Notes: generated by a model from the sequence alone, not told the origin. A stretch of DNA of 50,522 nucleotides from Candidatus Hodarchaeota archaeon (GCA_029856365.1 JAHQWW010000018.1:1-50522), one strand, 5' to 3'. Positions 37,268-48,086 are shown, numbered from the stretch's first letter. Translations and numbers: made by a program.

Positions 37268-38629
37268 CTAGAATTCTCTAGGAGTCGTCATTTTAGGTAA
37301 CATTATTTGGAAAATTTTCGTATACAGTATGCGCACAATTGGAACATCAAAAAACGTTCTTAGAATTCGTAAACCTAGATATCGTCCAGACTCAAGGACT
37401 TTCCCTTCAAGTGATATCTTATCTATCCAGAAAGGCTTGCGAAATAAACTCATGATTAAATGGTAATTAATAATAGTAATAAGATCCCAAGCTCTTTTAA
37501 TATGTTGTTCAGGATAATTTAATACTTCTCCCATACTCATTCGAACAATCTCAACGATATGATAGATATCAATTTTACTACCAAAAATCTCACGAGAAGC
37601 CCACAACAGATAGAGACATCCTCCGCAATATGTCATCATGGCATCTGCCCCTGTTGCTTCTGCTTCTTGAAACTTCTTCTTTGACGTAGCCATTATATCA
37701 AACACGATATTTATGGGATGTTTCCATGAAGCTCCAGCACCAAATCCGCAACAAAGAGAATTTGCTTTGTTATGTTTCATTTCAACAATTTTACAACTGG
37801 AATGATTTAGTAAAAGTCTGGGAGAATCCCAATACTTCCCTCCACCTGCTTTAGAATAACAGTTATCGTGAATAGTGACCTTAAGATTTAATTTCTTTTT
37901 AATAGGAATCTCACCGTCATTGATTTTAGTAAGTAATAACTCATGGAAGTTTTGAACCTCACAATCATGTGTAACACCCATTTCAAAGGGATGTACATTA
38001 GTTAACATCCAATGTACAGCATCCAACGCTGGTACCACTCTCTCGACCTTCCATTTCTTGAAATCACGTCTACATTTCTCAGCAATGTGTTTAACTACAT
38101 CTAAATACCCTCCTTGATACAAATAGCCTCCACCCTCCCAATGATCTAGCGCATCAATAGGTGTGAAGTATCTTAGTAATTTACTATTATCAAAAACGAA
38201 TGGTAAAAGGTGAAGATAATTACTAATGAGAAGAATAGTTCCTTTTGGAGTTTGAGCTTTCCATGTATTAATCCAAGAAAGCTCTTCAGATGTCATGAAA
38301 ACGCGTAACATCTGCCAGATATTATCCTTCATCGTAGGACATACAAATCGATATATAGGTGGGGCACCTCTTCGTTTATAGAGCTCGTTCCACCGCTCTA
38401 AGATTAATTGGTAAGGTTTACAATTGATAGGACAATATAGATTGCAAGAAAAACATGTGGTGCAGTGTGACAAGATGTATTTGCTTTCATGACCCTCAAT
38501 TAGATTATTTATTTCTTCTTTTGCCACTTTTAAAGGAAGTTGAAGTTCAGGGCAAAGGTGGAAACACTCACCACATCTTGTGCACGAATACTCATTGAAT
38601 ATTGCCTTGTTCCGAGATTTTGTATTCAT
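37268..38629 (-). CDS. HdrD/GlcF-like Fe-S oxidoreductase (2x[4Fe-4S] plus CCG domain)
   Basis: CTRCGECFHLCP, CTTCFSCNLYCP, HDNC...CCG...CGGC. The first CCG domain lacks its cysteines. Confidence 0.85.
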   Translation of the reverse strand: MNTKSRNKAIFNEYSCTRCGECFHLCPELQLPLKVAKEEINNLIEGHESKYILSHCTTCFSCNLYCPINCKPYQLILERWNELYKRRGAPPIYRFVCPTMKDNIWQMLRVFMTSEELSWINTWKAQTPKGTILLISNYLHLLPFVFDNSKLLRYFTPIDALDHWEGGGYLYQGGYLDVVKHIAEKCRRDFKKWKVERVVPALDAVHWMLTNVHPFEMGVTHDCEVQNFHELLLTKINDGEIPIKKKLNLKVTIHDNCYSKAGGGKYWDSPRLLLNHSSCKIVEMKHNKANSLCCGFGAGASWKHPINIVFDIMATSKKKFQEAEATGADAMMTYCGGCLYLLWASREIFGSKIDIYHIVEIVRMSMGEVLNYPEQHIKRAWDLITIINYHLIMSLFRKPFWIDKISLEGKVLESGRYLGLRILRTFFDVPIVRILYTKIFQIMLPKMTTPREF

Positions 38630-38659
38630 ATTGGTACACTCTTGAAGACAATACTAATT

Positions 38660-39937
38660 CTAGTAGGTATTTTCTTTGGGTTTTTCCGGAATTGGTGGAA
38701 GAGAGAAGGTCTTCCCTGACCACATTTTGGGGATTTGATTCTTTATAATCCCCCGAAACATCTTAGATGCTGTTTGGTTTACCAAACGTTTAGGATTTTC
38801 TCTAATAGCAAGTTGTAGTAATTCTATAATGTGATAAATCTCCATTCCAAATCTTCTAAAATAAAGTTTCTTAGATACATGGTATTGTTGATTACAACCT
38901 GAACAATACACACATAAAATGTCAGCTTTCGTTTGTTTTGCTAGATTTAAATTTGTTACTGTTGCTTTACGCATGTTAAAAGGATGATATGCTGAATCTA
39001 CGCTGAATCCTGCCCCAATCCCACAACATCTCATATTTTCTCGGTTATAAGGAAGCTCAATAACCTTACATCCAATTGTCTCTAAAATTCTTCGGGGAAA
39101 ATCCATATATTCATCCCCAAACATTTTTGCATAACAAGAATCTTGAATGGTTACTGTTAAATCCAACTTATTAGTAATTCTAATTTCATCAGCTTCTAAT
39201 CGGTTCCATAACCATTCAATGTAAGATGTAATAGACTCAAATTGATATTTGAGTCCATACTCAGGTAGAACATTCCGAAACATATTTGTGCCAGCAGTAC
39301 AAAGAACTAAGAGCTTTTTAGGGTTTAGGAAGTTAAACCATTTGTCTAATCGTTTGCTGACTTCTTTTAAAGCTTTTATATGGCCTGCTCTGAACAGTGT
39401 TTCTCCACAACAATATTCAAGTCGTCCTCGAATGTCACATCCTTCAAATAGACTTGATTGTACAAGCGTAGGGGTGAGAATCACGTTACAACCAGGATAT
39501 GTTAAAGTATCTCTTTCAAGAGGATCTAAACTCCTCCATTTCTCTATAATATCCCTTTCTTTATGTGTCATTCTTTCCAAAGTGTAAGTTCGAAAATTGG
39601 GGTAGAAAGGAGACAAAGTCATAAAATATTTTCCTCGAATCCTTAAACCTTCACGTTTATACTGTTCTTGCCAGCGTTGAAGGATCAGGCTTGTTGGATT
39701 ACATTCTTTTTTGCAATAGAAATTGCAGGTGAAACAACTTTGGCACTCGGATAATATTTTTGTTGGATTTCCAGCTATTAAATTCTTCATTCCTTCTATT
39801 GCTTGATTTAAGGATAGATCCATGATAGGACAATGAGTGAGGCATTCACCGCATTCATCACATTGCTCGAATTTGAACGTGCTGAAAAAATTACTAGTAA
39901 TTGGCTCCAATTTCCTATTCATTCTATCCAAATCCAA
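38660..39937 (-). CDS. HdrD/GlcF-like Fe-S oxidoreductase (2x[4Fe-4S] plus two CCG domains)
   Basis: CDECGECLTHCP, CQSCFTCNFYC, YPGC...CCG...C, DSC...CCG...CSGC. Confidence 0.85.
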   Translation of the reverse strand: MDLDRMNRKLEPITSNFFSTFKFEQCDECGECLTHCPIMDLSLNQAIEGMKNLIAGNPTKILSECQSCFTCNFYCKKECNPTSLILQRWQEQYKREGLRIRGKYFMTLSPFYPNFRTYTLERMTHKERDIIEKWRSLDPLERDTLTYPGCNVILTPTLVQSSLFEGCDIRGRLEYCCGETLFRAGHIKALKEVSKRLDKWFNFLNPKKLLVLCTAGTNMFRNVLPEYGLKYQFESITSYIEWLWNRLEADEIRITNKLDLTVTIQDSCYAKMFGDEYMDFPRRILETIGCKVIELPYNRENMRCCGIGAGFSVDSAYHPFNMRKATVTNLNLAKQTKADILCVYCSGCNQQYHVSKKLYFRRFGMEIYHIIELLQLAIRENPKRLVNQTASKMFRGIIKNQIPKMWSGKTFSLPPIPEKPKENTY

Positions 39938-39969
39938 CAGTTGATTATTATACCTGTAATTATCAGTCT

Positions 39970-41220
39970 TCAGATAGATTTTTCAACATAAATTTGGAGT
40001 AAATTCAAAATTGTTTCAACTGATTTCTCCATGGCAATAACAGGGACGAATTCTTTTTTACTATGAAAGTTTATGCTTCCAGCAAAAATATTGGGTGTAG
40101 GAAGTCCCATATAACTTAACCGTGCACCGTCAGTACCACCACGTACTGGTTTGCGGATAACTTCAACACCAGCTCGTTTGATAGCCTCTTCTGCATAATC
40201 AACAACATGAGGAACCTTATCAAGTTGATATTTCATATTTTTATATTGCTCTTTTAGATCAAACTCAATCTTGGCTTTAGGATTTTGTTCCTGTATCTGT
40301 TTAATAATTTCTTCAATTTTCTTCATTTTTTGATGGAGTTCAGCTAAATCAAAATCACGTAATATAAAACGCAATTTGGCCTCATTTACAGACCCTTTAG
40401 CTGACAAAACGTGATAATAACCCTCTCTTTTTTCAGTTGTTTCAGGTGCTTGATCTTTAGGAAACTGGGAAATGATATCACCCAGAATACGTACAGCATT
40501 GACCATCTTGTCTTTGGCATAACCAGGGTGAAAATTAAAACCAGTAATAGTAATAGAACCCCCTGCTGCATTGAATGTCTCTGATTCCAATACACCCATC
40601 TCATCACCATCAATAGTATATCCAAAATCTGCGCTTAACGATTTAACATCTAAAGCTTCCACTCCATGACCCACCTCTTCATCTGGTGTGAAAACTATTT
40701 TAATAGTTCCATGCTTAATGGATGGGTCACTAACTAAAGTAGCTATAGCGGTCATAATAGCAGCAATCCCTGCCTTATCATCCCCTCCAAGCAAAGTTGT
40801 ACCATCAGACGTTACAACATCACTCCCAATAAACTTTTTCAAACTAGGTGTTTCTTGGGGAGAAATAACAAGATTAGGATTACCTGGAAGAACAATATCT
40901 CCCCCATCGTAATTTTTAATGATTTGGGGTTTAATATTTTCCCCTGGTTCTTCTGGGGAAGTATCCATATGAGCGCATAAACAAAGAACAGGAACTTTAT
41001 CAGTTAAATCCTTCGAAAGATTCGATTGAAGTGTTGCGATAACATAACAATGTTCATCTACAGAAGCATCCATTAAACCAAGCGCTTGCAATTCTGTGAC
41101 CAATAAATTGGCCAGATTAAACTGTCTTTTAGTACTAGGAATTTCAGTAATATCTTCCTGACTTGTTGTATGAATTGAGACATATTTTAGAAATCGGTCC
41201 AATACAGATGACATAAACAC
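39970..41220 (-). CDS. pepT: Peptidase T (M20B tripeptidase)
   Basis: PST..Q..LA, AHMDTS, DGTTLLGGDDKAG, FTPDEEVG, HPGYAK.KMVNA, RGGTDGARLS.MGLP.PNIF. Confidence 0.95.
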   Translation of the reverse strand: MFMSSVLDRFLKYVSIHTTSQEDITEIPSTKRQFNLANLLVTELQALGLMDASVDEHCYVIATLQSNLSKDLTDKVPVLCLCAHMDTSPEEPGENIKPQIIKNYDGGDIVLPGNPNLVISPQETPSLKKFIGSDVVTSDGTTLLGGDDKAGIAAIMTAIATLVSDPSIKHGTIKIVFTPDEEVGHGVEALDVKSLSADFGYTIDGDEMGVLESETFNAAGGSITITGFNFHPGYAKDKMVNAVRILGDIISQFPKDQAPETTEKREGYYHVLSAKGSVNEAKLRFILRDFDLAELHQKMKKIEEIIKQIQEQNPKAKIEFDLKEQYKNMKYQLDKVPHVVDYAEEAIKRAGVEVIRKPVRGGTDGARLSYMGLPTPNIFAGSINFHSKKEFVPVIAMEKSVETILNLLQIYVEKSI

Positions 41221-41353
41221 ACCAACTATACCAGCCAGCTAGAAGGTTTTGTTAAAGGCTTTACTACTTAAAAACTAAGAGAAAATCTTAATTAGAATAC
41301 TTGAAATAGTCGTTACCATTTGTTTTCACCTATGATTATTAGGAGCGACAAAT

Positions 41354-42805
41354 TTGGAAGATATATTACAGTATGTTCTAGATCTGGGGAAAGGGGATGA
41401 ATATTTAGACATCCGATTGGAATACTTTCAGAATATAATGATTAAATCAATCAATGAGGAAATAACAAAGGCATTTACTTACCAGAAAAAAGGCCTTGGA
41501 GTTCGAGTTTTGTCTAATGGTGCTTGGGGATTTGCAAGTACTCAGGATTTAAGCAAAGACCAATTAGAAAAAACTGTTGATATTGCTCGAAAAATGGCAC
41601 AGGTCGAATCGAGCCGGACAAAGACCCCAATTCAATTGGCAGAAATTCCAGTCTCAATAGACCGAGTTGAGGTCAAATGTAAAATTGATTTTCGGGAAAT
41701 TCCACTTGAAGACAAAATCAGAGATATTTTAGGATGGCATAAAGAGATTCATTTATCTGATAACATAGTGAGAACTATTGTTGATTACGCTACTATTTCC
41801 GCAAGAAAATTTTTTTGGAGTAGTGAAGGAACGAAGTTAGAATTCATTCGCCCAATCGTTAATGTAAACTTAGGAGCTGTCGCTAAGGGCGAATCTGGTG
41901 TACAGGCATATTATCAACCGTGGGGGGGAACTACTCCTGATGTTGGGGGGACAGGCGGCCATGAAATTCTCGGCAAGAATGGGGACCTCACTGAGACTTG
42001 TTACAAAACAGGAGAAAAAGCTTTGAGTTTAGCTAACGCTAAACCAGCACCAAATCTCCGAAACATCCCCATTGTTTTCGATCCATCTTACATGGCACTA
42101 CTTGTCCATGAAATTGTTGGACATCCATCTGAAGCAGATCGTGTTCTTGGATGGGAAGCAGCATGGGCTGGGAGTACGTGGTGGAAGGGAATGAGTGAAA
42201 ATGAGGGAAATCCCACTAAGATTGGATCTAAATATGTTACAGTTTATAATGATCCAACAATTCCAAAAAATTTCGCCTACATGTTATATGATGATGAGGG
42301 AACGCCATGTAAGAGAACAACTCTGATCAATGAGGGAGTTCTCACTGAACGTATGCATTCACGTGAGACTGCTTTCATTATGGGCGTAGAACCGAATGGT
42401 GCCATGAGAGCAAACACGTATGAATATCATCCTATTATTCGTCAAATCAATGTTTATTGGGGGACTGGAGATTGGAAGGCAGAGGAAATAATAGAGGACA
42501 CCAAAGATGGTGTCTATCTCCTTGGTGCCAATATACCTTCTATTGATGACCAGCGATTTAATTGGGCAATTTCAAGTCAAGAAGGATTTTTAATTAAGAA
42601 TGGAGAATTAACCGATCACTTTTACTCATGTACAGCAACAGCAACCACCCCGGCCTTTCTTCAAAGTATTGATGCTCTTGCTGGAGACGATCAGCTATTA
42701 TTTTGGTCTGGATGCGGAAAAGGAGACCCAATGCAGGGTGGAACTGTTTCTAATGGAGGGCCAACAATGCGTGGAATTGCGACATTAAAAGGACCTGGAA
42801 GCTGA
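41354..42805 (+). CDS. tldD: TldD-family metalloprotease
   Basis: GVRV..NGAWGFAS, HEIVGH (HExxxH), YDDEG, GCGKG.P.Q...GGP. Confidence 0.9.
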   Translation: MEDILQYVLDLGKGDEYLDIRLEYFQNIMIKSINEEITKAFTYQKKGLGVRVLSNGAWGFASTQDLSKDQLEKTVDIARKMAQVESSRTKTPIQLAEIPVSIDRVEVKCKIDFREIPLEDKIRDILGWHKEIHLSDNIVRTIVDYATISARKFFWSSEGTKLEFIRPIVNVNLGAVAKGESGVQAYYQPWGGTTPDVGGTGGHEILGKNGDLTETCYKTGEKALSLANAKPAPNLRNIPIVFDPSYMALLVHEIVGHPSEADRVLGWEAAWAGSTWWKGMSENEGNPTKIGSKYVTVYNDPTIPKNFAYMLYDDEGTPCKRTTLINEGVLTERMHSRETAFIMGVEPNGAMRANTYEYHPIIRQINVYWGTGDWKAEEIIEDTKDGVYLLGANIPSIDDQRFNWAISSQEGFLIKNGELTDHFYSCTATATTPAFLQSIDALAGDDQLLFWSGCGKGDPMQGGTVSNGGPTMRGIATLKGPGS

Positions 42806-42820
42806 TAAGAGGAGATACAG

Positions 42821-44221
42821 ATGCAAGATTATTCAGAACGTTTAGAATATGCTTTAGTAAAAGCAAGAGGAAAAGAAAATACAGCTCAGGCTGAAGTATT
42901 TCTGGGCGCGAATCATCTATTAACTCTTCGGTCAGCAGTAGGAAAAATTCTCGAAAGTAAAGTCATACAGGATGCTGGGATCGGAATACGTATTTTAACA
43001 AAGGACAATGGCTTAGGATTTTCTTCAACGTGTGATCTCTCTGATAAATCGATTTTAGATGTCATTGAAGAAGCAATAGCACTATCAAAATATCGTAAAG
43101 TCAATACGGAATTCTCTTTTTCGTTTCCTCAAAAAGCTAAAAGAAAATGTACTTTCTACGATAAACAATTAGTTGAAGCGATTTTCTCTTACGATAAAAT
43201 CAATGATCAAGTCAACCAAATGTTACAAGAAACTTTAGATCAGGATCCAGCTATTAAAGAGTCAGCAGGACCAACTCATTTAGTAGAATACTCCAAACAG
43301 ATCATGAATACTAATGGTGTAGATGTGTCAGAGAAGGGCACTTTCTGGAATATAGAAGTGCTAGCTGTCGCTGAATCATCTACAGATAGACGGGAAGGGT
43401 CAGATTCTTCTGCAGGTTGGAATATTAGTGAAATTGATACATCCTCCCTTTCATACCATGCAGCAGACATGGCTGTACGGAGTCTTGATGGCCAAAGAAT
43501 TGAAGCTGATTCCTACGAACTAATTCTCAGCGCCATGTCTGTATCAACTTTTATAGGGTGGCTAGCTTATTTAACATATCCTCAAAACCAAGAACGAAAT
43601 ATGCCTCTCCTGAAGGATAAAATTGGGGAAAAAATTGCCTCAGCACTGATGACGGTAGCTCATGATCCTTTGATAGTGCCAAATCCCGTTTCGGGAGCAT
43701 ACGATGACGAAGGGGTGCCAACAAAAGACATTAAGATAATAGAGGAAGGGATCTTCAAAGAAATACCACTTGATTCTTTCTATGCCACACAATTCCAGAC
43801 AGCATCGAATGGTACTGGATATCGATTCCAAGCAGCTTCAGGAATGACAAGTTATCCTGGTCAGCTTTATCAAAGCGAGCCATTACCTCTTTTACCTGCT
43901 GTTTATATAGAAGATGGAGAAAGTACTGTGGATGAAATGATAGCAACAACAAAGAACGGGATTTTTCTCGATTTCTTGCATTATGCTTATGTGACAAACG
44001 GGGGAACCGGCGATTATACTGGTATTCTAAGGCAAGGATCCTTTTTAATCAAGAATGGGGAAATCTTTCAACCAATTCAGAAATGTCGTTTGATGGATAA
44101 TATCCTTAATATGGCTAAGAATATCGAAATGGTTGGACCAAGTCGGATGGCTGGTCATTGGCGAGATATGATAAAAGTTCCTCCTGTAAAAGTATCCAAT
44201 GTGAATATTATACCATATTAA
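42821..44221 (+). CDS. pmbA: TldE/PmbA-family protein
   Basis: GIGIRI...GFSS, YDDEGVPT, GDYTG; lacks HExxxH; directly follows tldD. Confidence 0.85.
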   Translation: MQDYSERLEYALVKARGKENTAQAEVFLGANHLLTLRSAVGKILESKVIQDAGIGIRILTKDNGLGFSSTCDLSDKSILDVIEEAIALSKYRKVNTEFSFSFPQKAKRKCTFYDKQLVEAIFSYDKINDQVNQMLQETLDQDPAIKESAGPTHLVEYSKQIMNTNGVDVSEKGTFWNIEVLAVAESSTDRREGSDSSAGWNISEIDTSSLSYHAADMAVRSLDGQRIEADSYELILSAMSVSTFIGWLAYLTYPQNQERNMPLLKDKIGEKIASALMTVAHDPLIVPNPVSGAYDDEGVPTKDIKIIEEGIFKEIPLDSFYATQFQTASNGTGYRFQAASGMTSYPGQLYQSEPLPLLPAVYIEDGESTVDEMIATTKNGIFLDFLHYAYVTNGGTGDYTGILRQGSFLIKNGEIFQPIQKCRLMDNILNMAKNIEMVGPSRMAGHWRDMIKVPPVKVSNVNIIPY

Positions 44222-44263
44222 AACTGCTTTCCCACATTAAGAAAGGAAAAGGATAACTGATCC

Positions 44264-45001
44264 TTAACCTCGTGTTACAGGCAAATACGGCGCAAGTAAA
44301 GAAGCCAGTAGACCAATTTCTCGATTTTGTGTATAAACGATTCCAGGACCAGTGTAACGAATAACAATCCCCTCACCACCGAGGAAGAAACTTTTCGTTC
44401 CACCTACTTTTGAAGCTTTGTGTTGCATATGGGATTGAAAAGCCATCATCACACCATTGTCACAAACAAATTCTTGTCCTGGCTCTAGTTCATGACGCTC
44501 TACAAATCCATACCCACCGATCCACACATCCCCCTCACCCTCAGCCATGATTTTCGTCAGTACAAGCCCTTCGCCTCCCAACATGCTCTTAAATCCACCC
44601 AGTTTTGACGTTACTGATATACTGGTTGTTCCACAAATATAAGCATCTCTACTTAATGTCCATTCTTCACCTTTGTCAAGGTGGAGATGTACAATATCGC
44701 CTGGAGCACCATGTGCAAAGGCAATCATACCAGGAGGTGCACCATCAGGAAGAGAGAAGAAGTTTTGAAACATCGATTCACCTGAGAATTTTCGTTTCAA
44801 TCCCCGCATAATACCTCCTGCCGATTCTGTCTCCATATTGATATGGCCATCCATATAAACCATAGCTCCGCCCTCGGCTCGTACCTGTTGACCAGGTTGA
44901 TCTAAATAGATTCTCACAACAGAGAATGCAGGACTACCTGTAATTTCATATTTTAAAAATGATCTTTCTTTATTGAATGACATATTTTCATCTCTTAACA
45001 T
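44264..45001 (-). CDS. AIM24 (TIGR00266/DUF124) family protein
   Basis: V.AE.GAMVYM, GESMFQN.F, GGEGL, GGEG.V.RYTGPG.VYTQ.R. Confidence 0.9.
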   Translation of the reverse strand: MLRDENMSFNKERSFLKYEITGSPAFSVVRIYLDQPGQQVRAEGGAMVYMDGHINMETESAGGIMRGLKRKFSGESMFQNFFSLPDGAPPGMIAFAHGAPGDIVHLHLDKGEEWTLSRDAYICGTTSISVTSKLGGFKSMLGGEGLVLTKIMAEGEGDVWIGGYGFVERHELEPGQEFVCDNGVMMAFQSHMQHKASKVGGTKSFFLGGEGIVIRYTGPGIVYTQNREIGLLASLLAPYLPVTRG

Positions 45002-45163
45002 GTTAAGCTTTCGAACTAGTGTGTTTAAAGGCTGAAAATAAATGATATTTAAAAGTAAAGCGATATGTAAATGATTCTCTTAATCTGTTTTATTGGAAAA
45101 AAAGGAATTAATATGATTTTATGGATTTTTAACTTTGTAACGAACCCATAGCATCTCAATACT

Positions 45164-46443
45164 TCACGAGGATCGCCTTTTCCGAAGATCATATATACTG
45201 GAACGTAATTTTTTATGGCCTGTTTTGGTGTATTTCTCCTCGCTCAACACATCATTTAACATCTGAACGTTTTGTGCTTGGAGCCTCTGAAGATTTGCTG
45301 ATCCAGTCTGAGAAATTTTTCGGTTAAGCTTTTCTTGAAACATATTCATGGTTTGCTGTGCTCCTGAAAAATCCCCGTGATCCGCCATCGCCATTGCCTC
45401 ATACTGGACAAATGCAGCTTCTAATAAATGCACATTTTCTAAAATATGATCATCTTCCATGGTTAGAAGCTTTTCATCAGTTGTATAGCTAATATTACAC
45501 GAAATTGGTTTGAGATGGATTGGTTCTGTTGATCCACTTCGTGGAACCCATTGAACATTGAATGTTACAGCCTCAATTTCACGTTCTTCATTCTTTATAG
45601 GGGGCATTGTCACATCTAGGATAATTAATAACTCATTTCCACTTCTGAGATCACCCATTTTCGTATTGTTCGATAAGCGGTCTTCGTAAGGAACTCCTAG
45701 CGCCCTTCGTATTTGAACTCCTTCTATTTTTTGCCATGCCACCTCAATATTATAAGCAGCGGTCGTCAGTAGTCCTTGAAATTCTTGTTCAATGAATTTA
45801 GGGATATCAGCAGCAGTTGTAATAAAATAAAATGATCCTCCAGCAACATCAGCTACATTCACCATTAAGTCCTTGTCAAAATCATCACCAACTCCAAAAG
45901 TGCTAATACTAATACCTCCCTCATAAATATCAGTCACAGAGTCTCGAATTCGGCTACGATCAGTGATTCCCTCGTTTACAAGACCATCAGAAAGGAGGAG
46001 AACTACATTCCGATATTCAAGATGTTTTGCTCTTTCAACTTGTTTTGCTCCCTCTATAACACCCCCATGGAGGTTTGTTCGGCCACGACTGCGAACTGAA
46101 CGGAGCCGATTAATGATTGAAGCACGATTAGTAACCTTTGCTGATGAGATAATAGTATCGACTCTATGATCATAAATGGTTAAAGCAAATGCATCATCTT
46201 TTGAAAGATTATTAACAATAATTCAATGGCCTCTTTAGCTTTTTCGAGTTTAGATCCATGCATGCTCCCTGAACGATCGAGAACTACTCCTAAATTCAAG
46301 TTTGTTCTGGAAACTTGGATTTCTCTTCCTGTTGATTTTAATTGAATATAAAGATGTGTCTCACCGTTGGTTAATGCATATGGTGAACTCGGGGTTACCT
46401 CAATGTTAATATCCTCTTGATCTTCTACTTCTATCATAATCAT
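45164..46443 (-). pseudogene. von Willebrand factor A (MIDAS) domain protein, split by a 1-nt frameshift at ~46220 (about 426 aa restored)
   Basis: The 5' part has LGVVLDRSGSM..SKLEKAKEAIE. After GAA TT the other frame reads IVNNLSKDDAFALTIYD...GRTNLHGG...LLLSDGLVNEG with no stop and joins ORF 45164-45937 (STFGVG..FD..LM...GG.FYFI). Confidence 0.85.
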
Positions 46444-46448
46444 TCCTT

Positions 46449-46988
46449 CTATTTGACTTGCTCAAGCTTTTTTTGTACTTTATATACCTTCTCCCCTTTC
46501 TTGGTGAGCTTGTGGCGTTTTTTGGGGCGCCCTGGTCCCATTATTTTCTTTTCTACTGGAAATTCTGGTTTGATTAAACCAAGACTACTTAACTTTTGTA
46601 AGCCTACATTAATCGTTGTAGGAGACATTTTCGCTTTTTCTTGGAGTTCAACCACGTTTATATCTTTATGCTGTTTGATTTGATGGAGAAGGGCACGATG
46701 AGACCGTTTTAGCTCTGTTATCTCAGGATGTTGAAGAATCTGCCGATCAAGGATATCTTCGGCCTGTGGAGTAAGGATATAAGTGCTAGAATCTGGAGGT
46801 CGTCTGATGATAAATCCAGCCAGTTCTAGTTCTTTTAATCTTCTATAGATTGTCGCAGTTGTTAGAGAAATTGAAGTACCTTTTTCTGTAAAATGCTTGT
46901 TGATTTCAGTACTTCTAATAGGTTGAGACTGACTTCTGATAAATTCCAGAATCTCTTTCGTCCCTGTGGAAGCCAGTAAGTCTAACAT
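46449..46988 (-). CDS. Tandem winged-helix-turn-helix transcriptional regulator
   Basis: Two wHTH units: TATIYRRLKELELAGFI...YILT and MSPTTINVGLQKLSSLGLI...GRPKKRHKLTKKG. Confidence 0.85.
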   Translation of the reverse strand: MLDLLASTGTKEILEFIRSQSQPIRSTEINKHFTEKGTSISLTTATIYRRLKELELAGFIIRRPPDSSTYILTPQAEDILDRQILQHPEITELKRSHRALLHQIKQHKDINVVELQEKAKMSPTTINVGLQKLSSLGLIKPEFPVEKKIMGPGRPKKRHKLTKKGEKVYKVQKKLEQVK

Positions 46989-47012
46989 GATTTAAACCCA
47001 TTATAATACTCG

Positions 47013-48086
47013 TTACTCATCAGACATCTGTTCAAGAGTAATTTGTTGTTGAATCCGCGGATCCTGAATATTCTGAACCTGAATCCGAGGCATCCCAGGA
47101 ACCCGATTAGGTGTTCTCCCCTTGAGAATATCGACTTGTTCTTTGGTAGCGTATAGGTGTACAGGATTCCCTTTGTAATGGAGACTGATACCTTGCCATT
47201 TCTTGTTATTGAATCGGAATAGATCACCTGTACCTGTTGCTTTCTCTTTTTTCACATTGATTTCTTTGAATTCATTTTTCAGAATCTCTTCTAAATTCTC
47301 AGGTAGTTTCTGATCTGTTTTCATTTTCTGCATGAATACTCTATCAGTAAGAAACCCTTTAAGCACAACTTCACTAAACTGGTTCCAAAGCTTAGGGGAG
47401 CCATAAATCTCAACACCCAGTAGCTTATCGCCATATACACAGATAATTCCAATCTGGTTCTCAAGCTTTGTTGCTGCGGAAAGTGTTTCTTGGAGTTGTT
47501 TGAGATCTTCATCTTTTTCATATGATTTTTCTTGAAGTTCTCGATAACTATGAGTCGGAGCAGCTTCTTCACCTAGTTGTAATGCGCCCGCTGCAGCATA
47601 TACAGTTTCCCACACTGTGGTCTGATCTCCAGCTTTCGCAGACACATTTGCCATTTGTGAAGCCATTCGAGTTTTAGCTGACTTGAATTTTAAAGAAGTC
47701 GATTTTCCACGAGAGCTGGAGTACCTCCAACGAGACTGTTCAATGCACTTAGCGGGAATTTTTAAAGGATTAAACTGATCATGGCCAATAGGTATGAGAA
47801 TAGGCTCAAAAATGGTTCTATCCTGCTTCCCTCCCTCTACTTGATGAAGATAGGGAATCAAAACTGGGAGATCGCTTTTGTTAATCGCTTCGAGTATTTC
47901 TACACTTTCTGAACCTTCACTTTCCTGGATCCATGCGAGTTCTTGCTCCTCGGCCTCAAGCAAACCTAATACGAGTGTTGATACATCACTCTTAAGCAGA
48001 GGATAAATAGAAAACTTATCATGAGTAACAGGAGTACCAATGTCAAAATAACTTCCTAAATCTTGAATTAATGTTTGAAAATTCAC
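47013..48086 (-). CDS. ARPP-1 / DUF6569-family protein
   Basis: I.E..GSESV..L...N.S..PVLI......GGKQDR.....ILIP...IP..CIEQSRW...DQ..VW...QIG family pattern. Likely start is GTG 48086 after GAGGTG. Confidence 0.75.
   Translation of the reverse strand: MNFQTLIQDLGSYFDIGTPVTHDKFSIYPLLKSDVSTLVLGLLEAEEQELAWIQESEGSESVEILEAINKSDLPVLIPYLHQVEGGKQDRTIFEPILIPIGHDQFNPLKIPAKCIEQSRWRYSSSRGKSTSLKFKSAKTRMASQMANVSAKAGDQTTVWETVYAAAGALQLGEEAAPTHSYRELQEKSYEKDEDLKQLQETLSAATKLENQIGIICVYGDKLLGVEIYGSPKLWNQFSEVVLKGFLTDRVFMQKMKTDQKLPENLEEILKNEFKEINVKKEKATGTGDLFRFNNKKWQGISLHYKGNPVHLYATKEQVDILKGRTPNRVPGMPRIQVQNIQDPRIQQQITLEQMSDE

Noticed and set aside
46215-46250. Programmed -1 ribosomal frameshift in the vWA gene
   Set aside because: No in-frame X XXY YYZ heptamer, and slipping at the nearby GAAAAAG would hit a TAA immediately.
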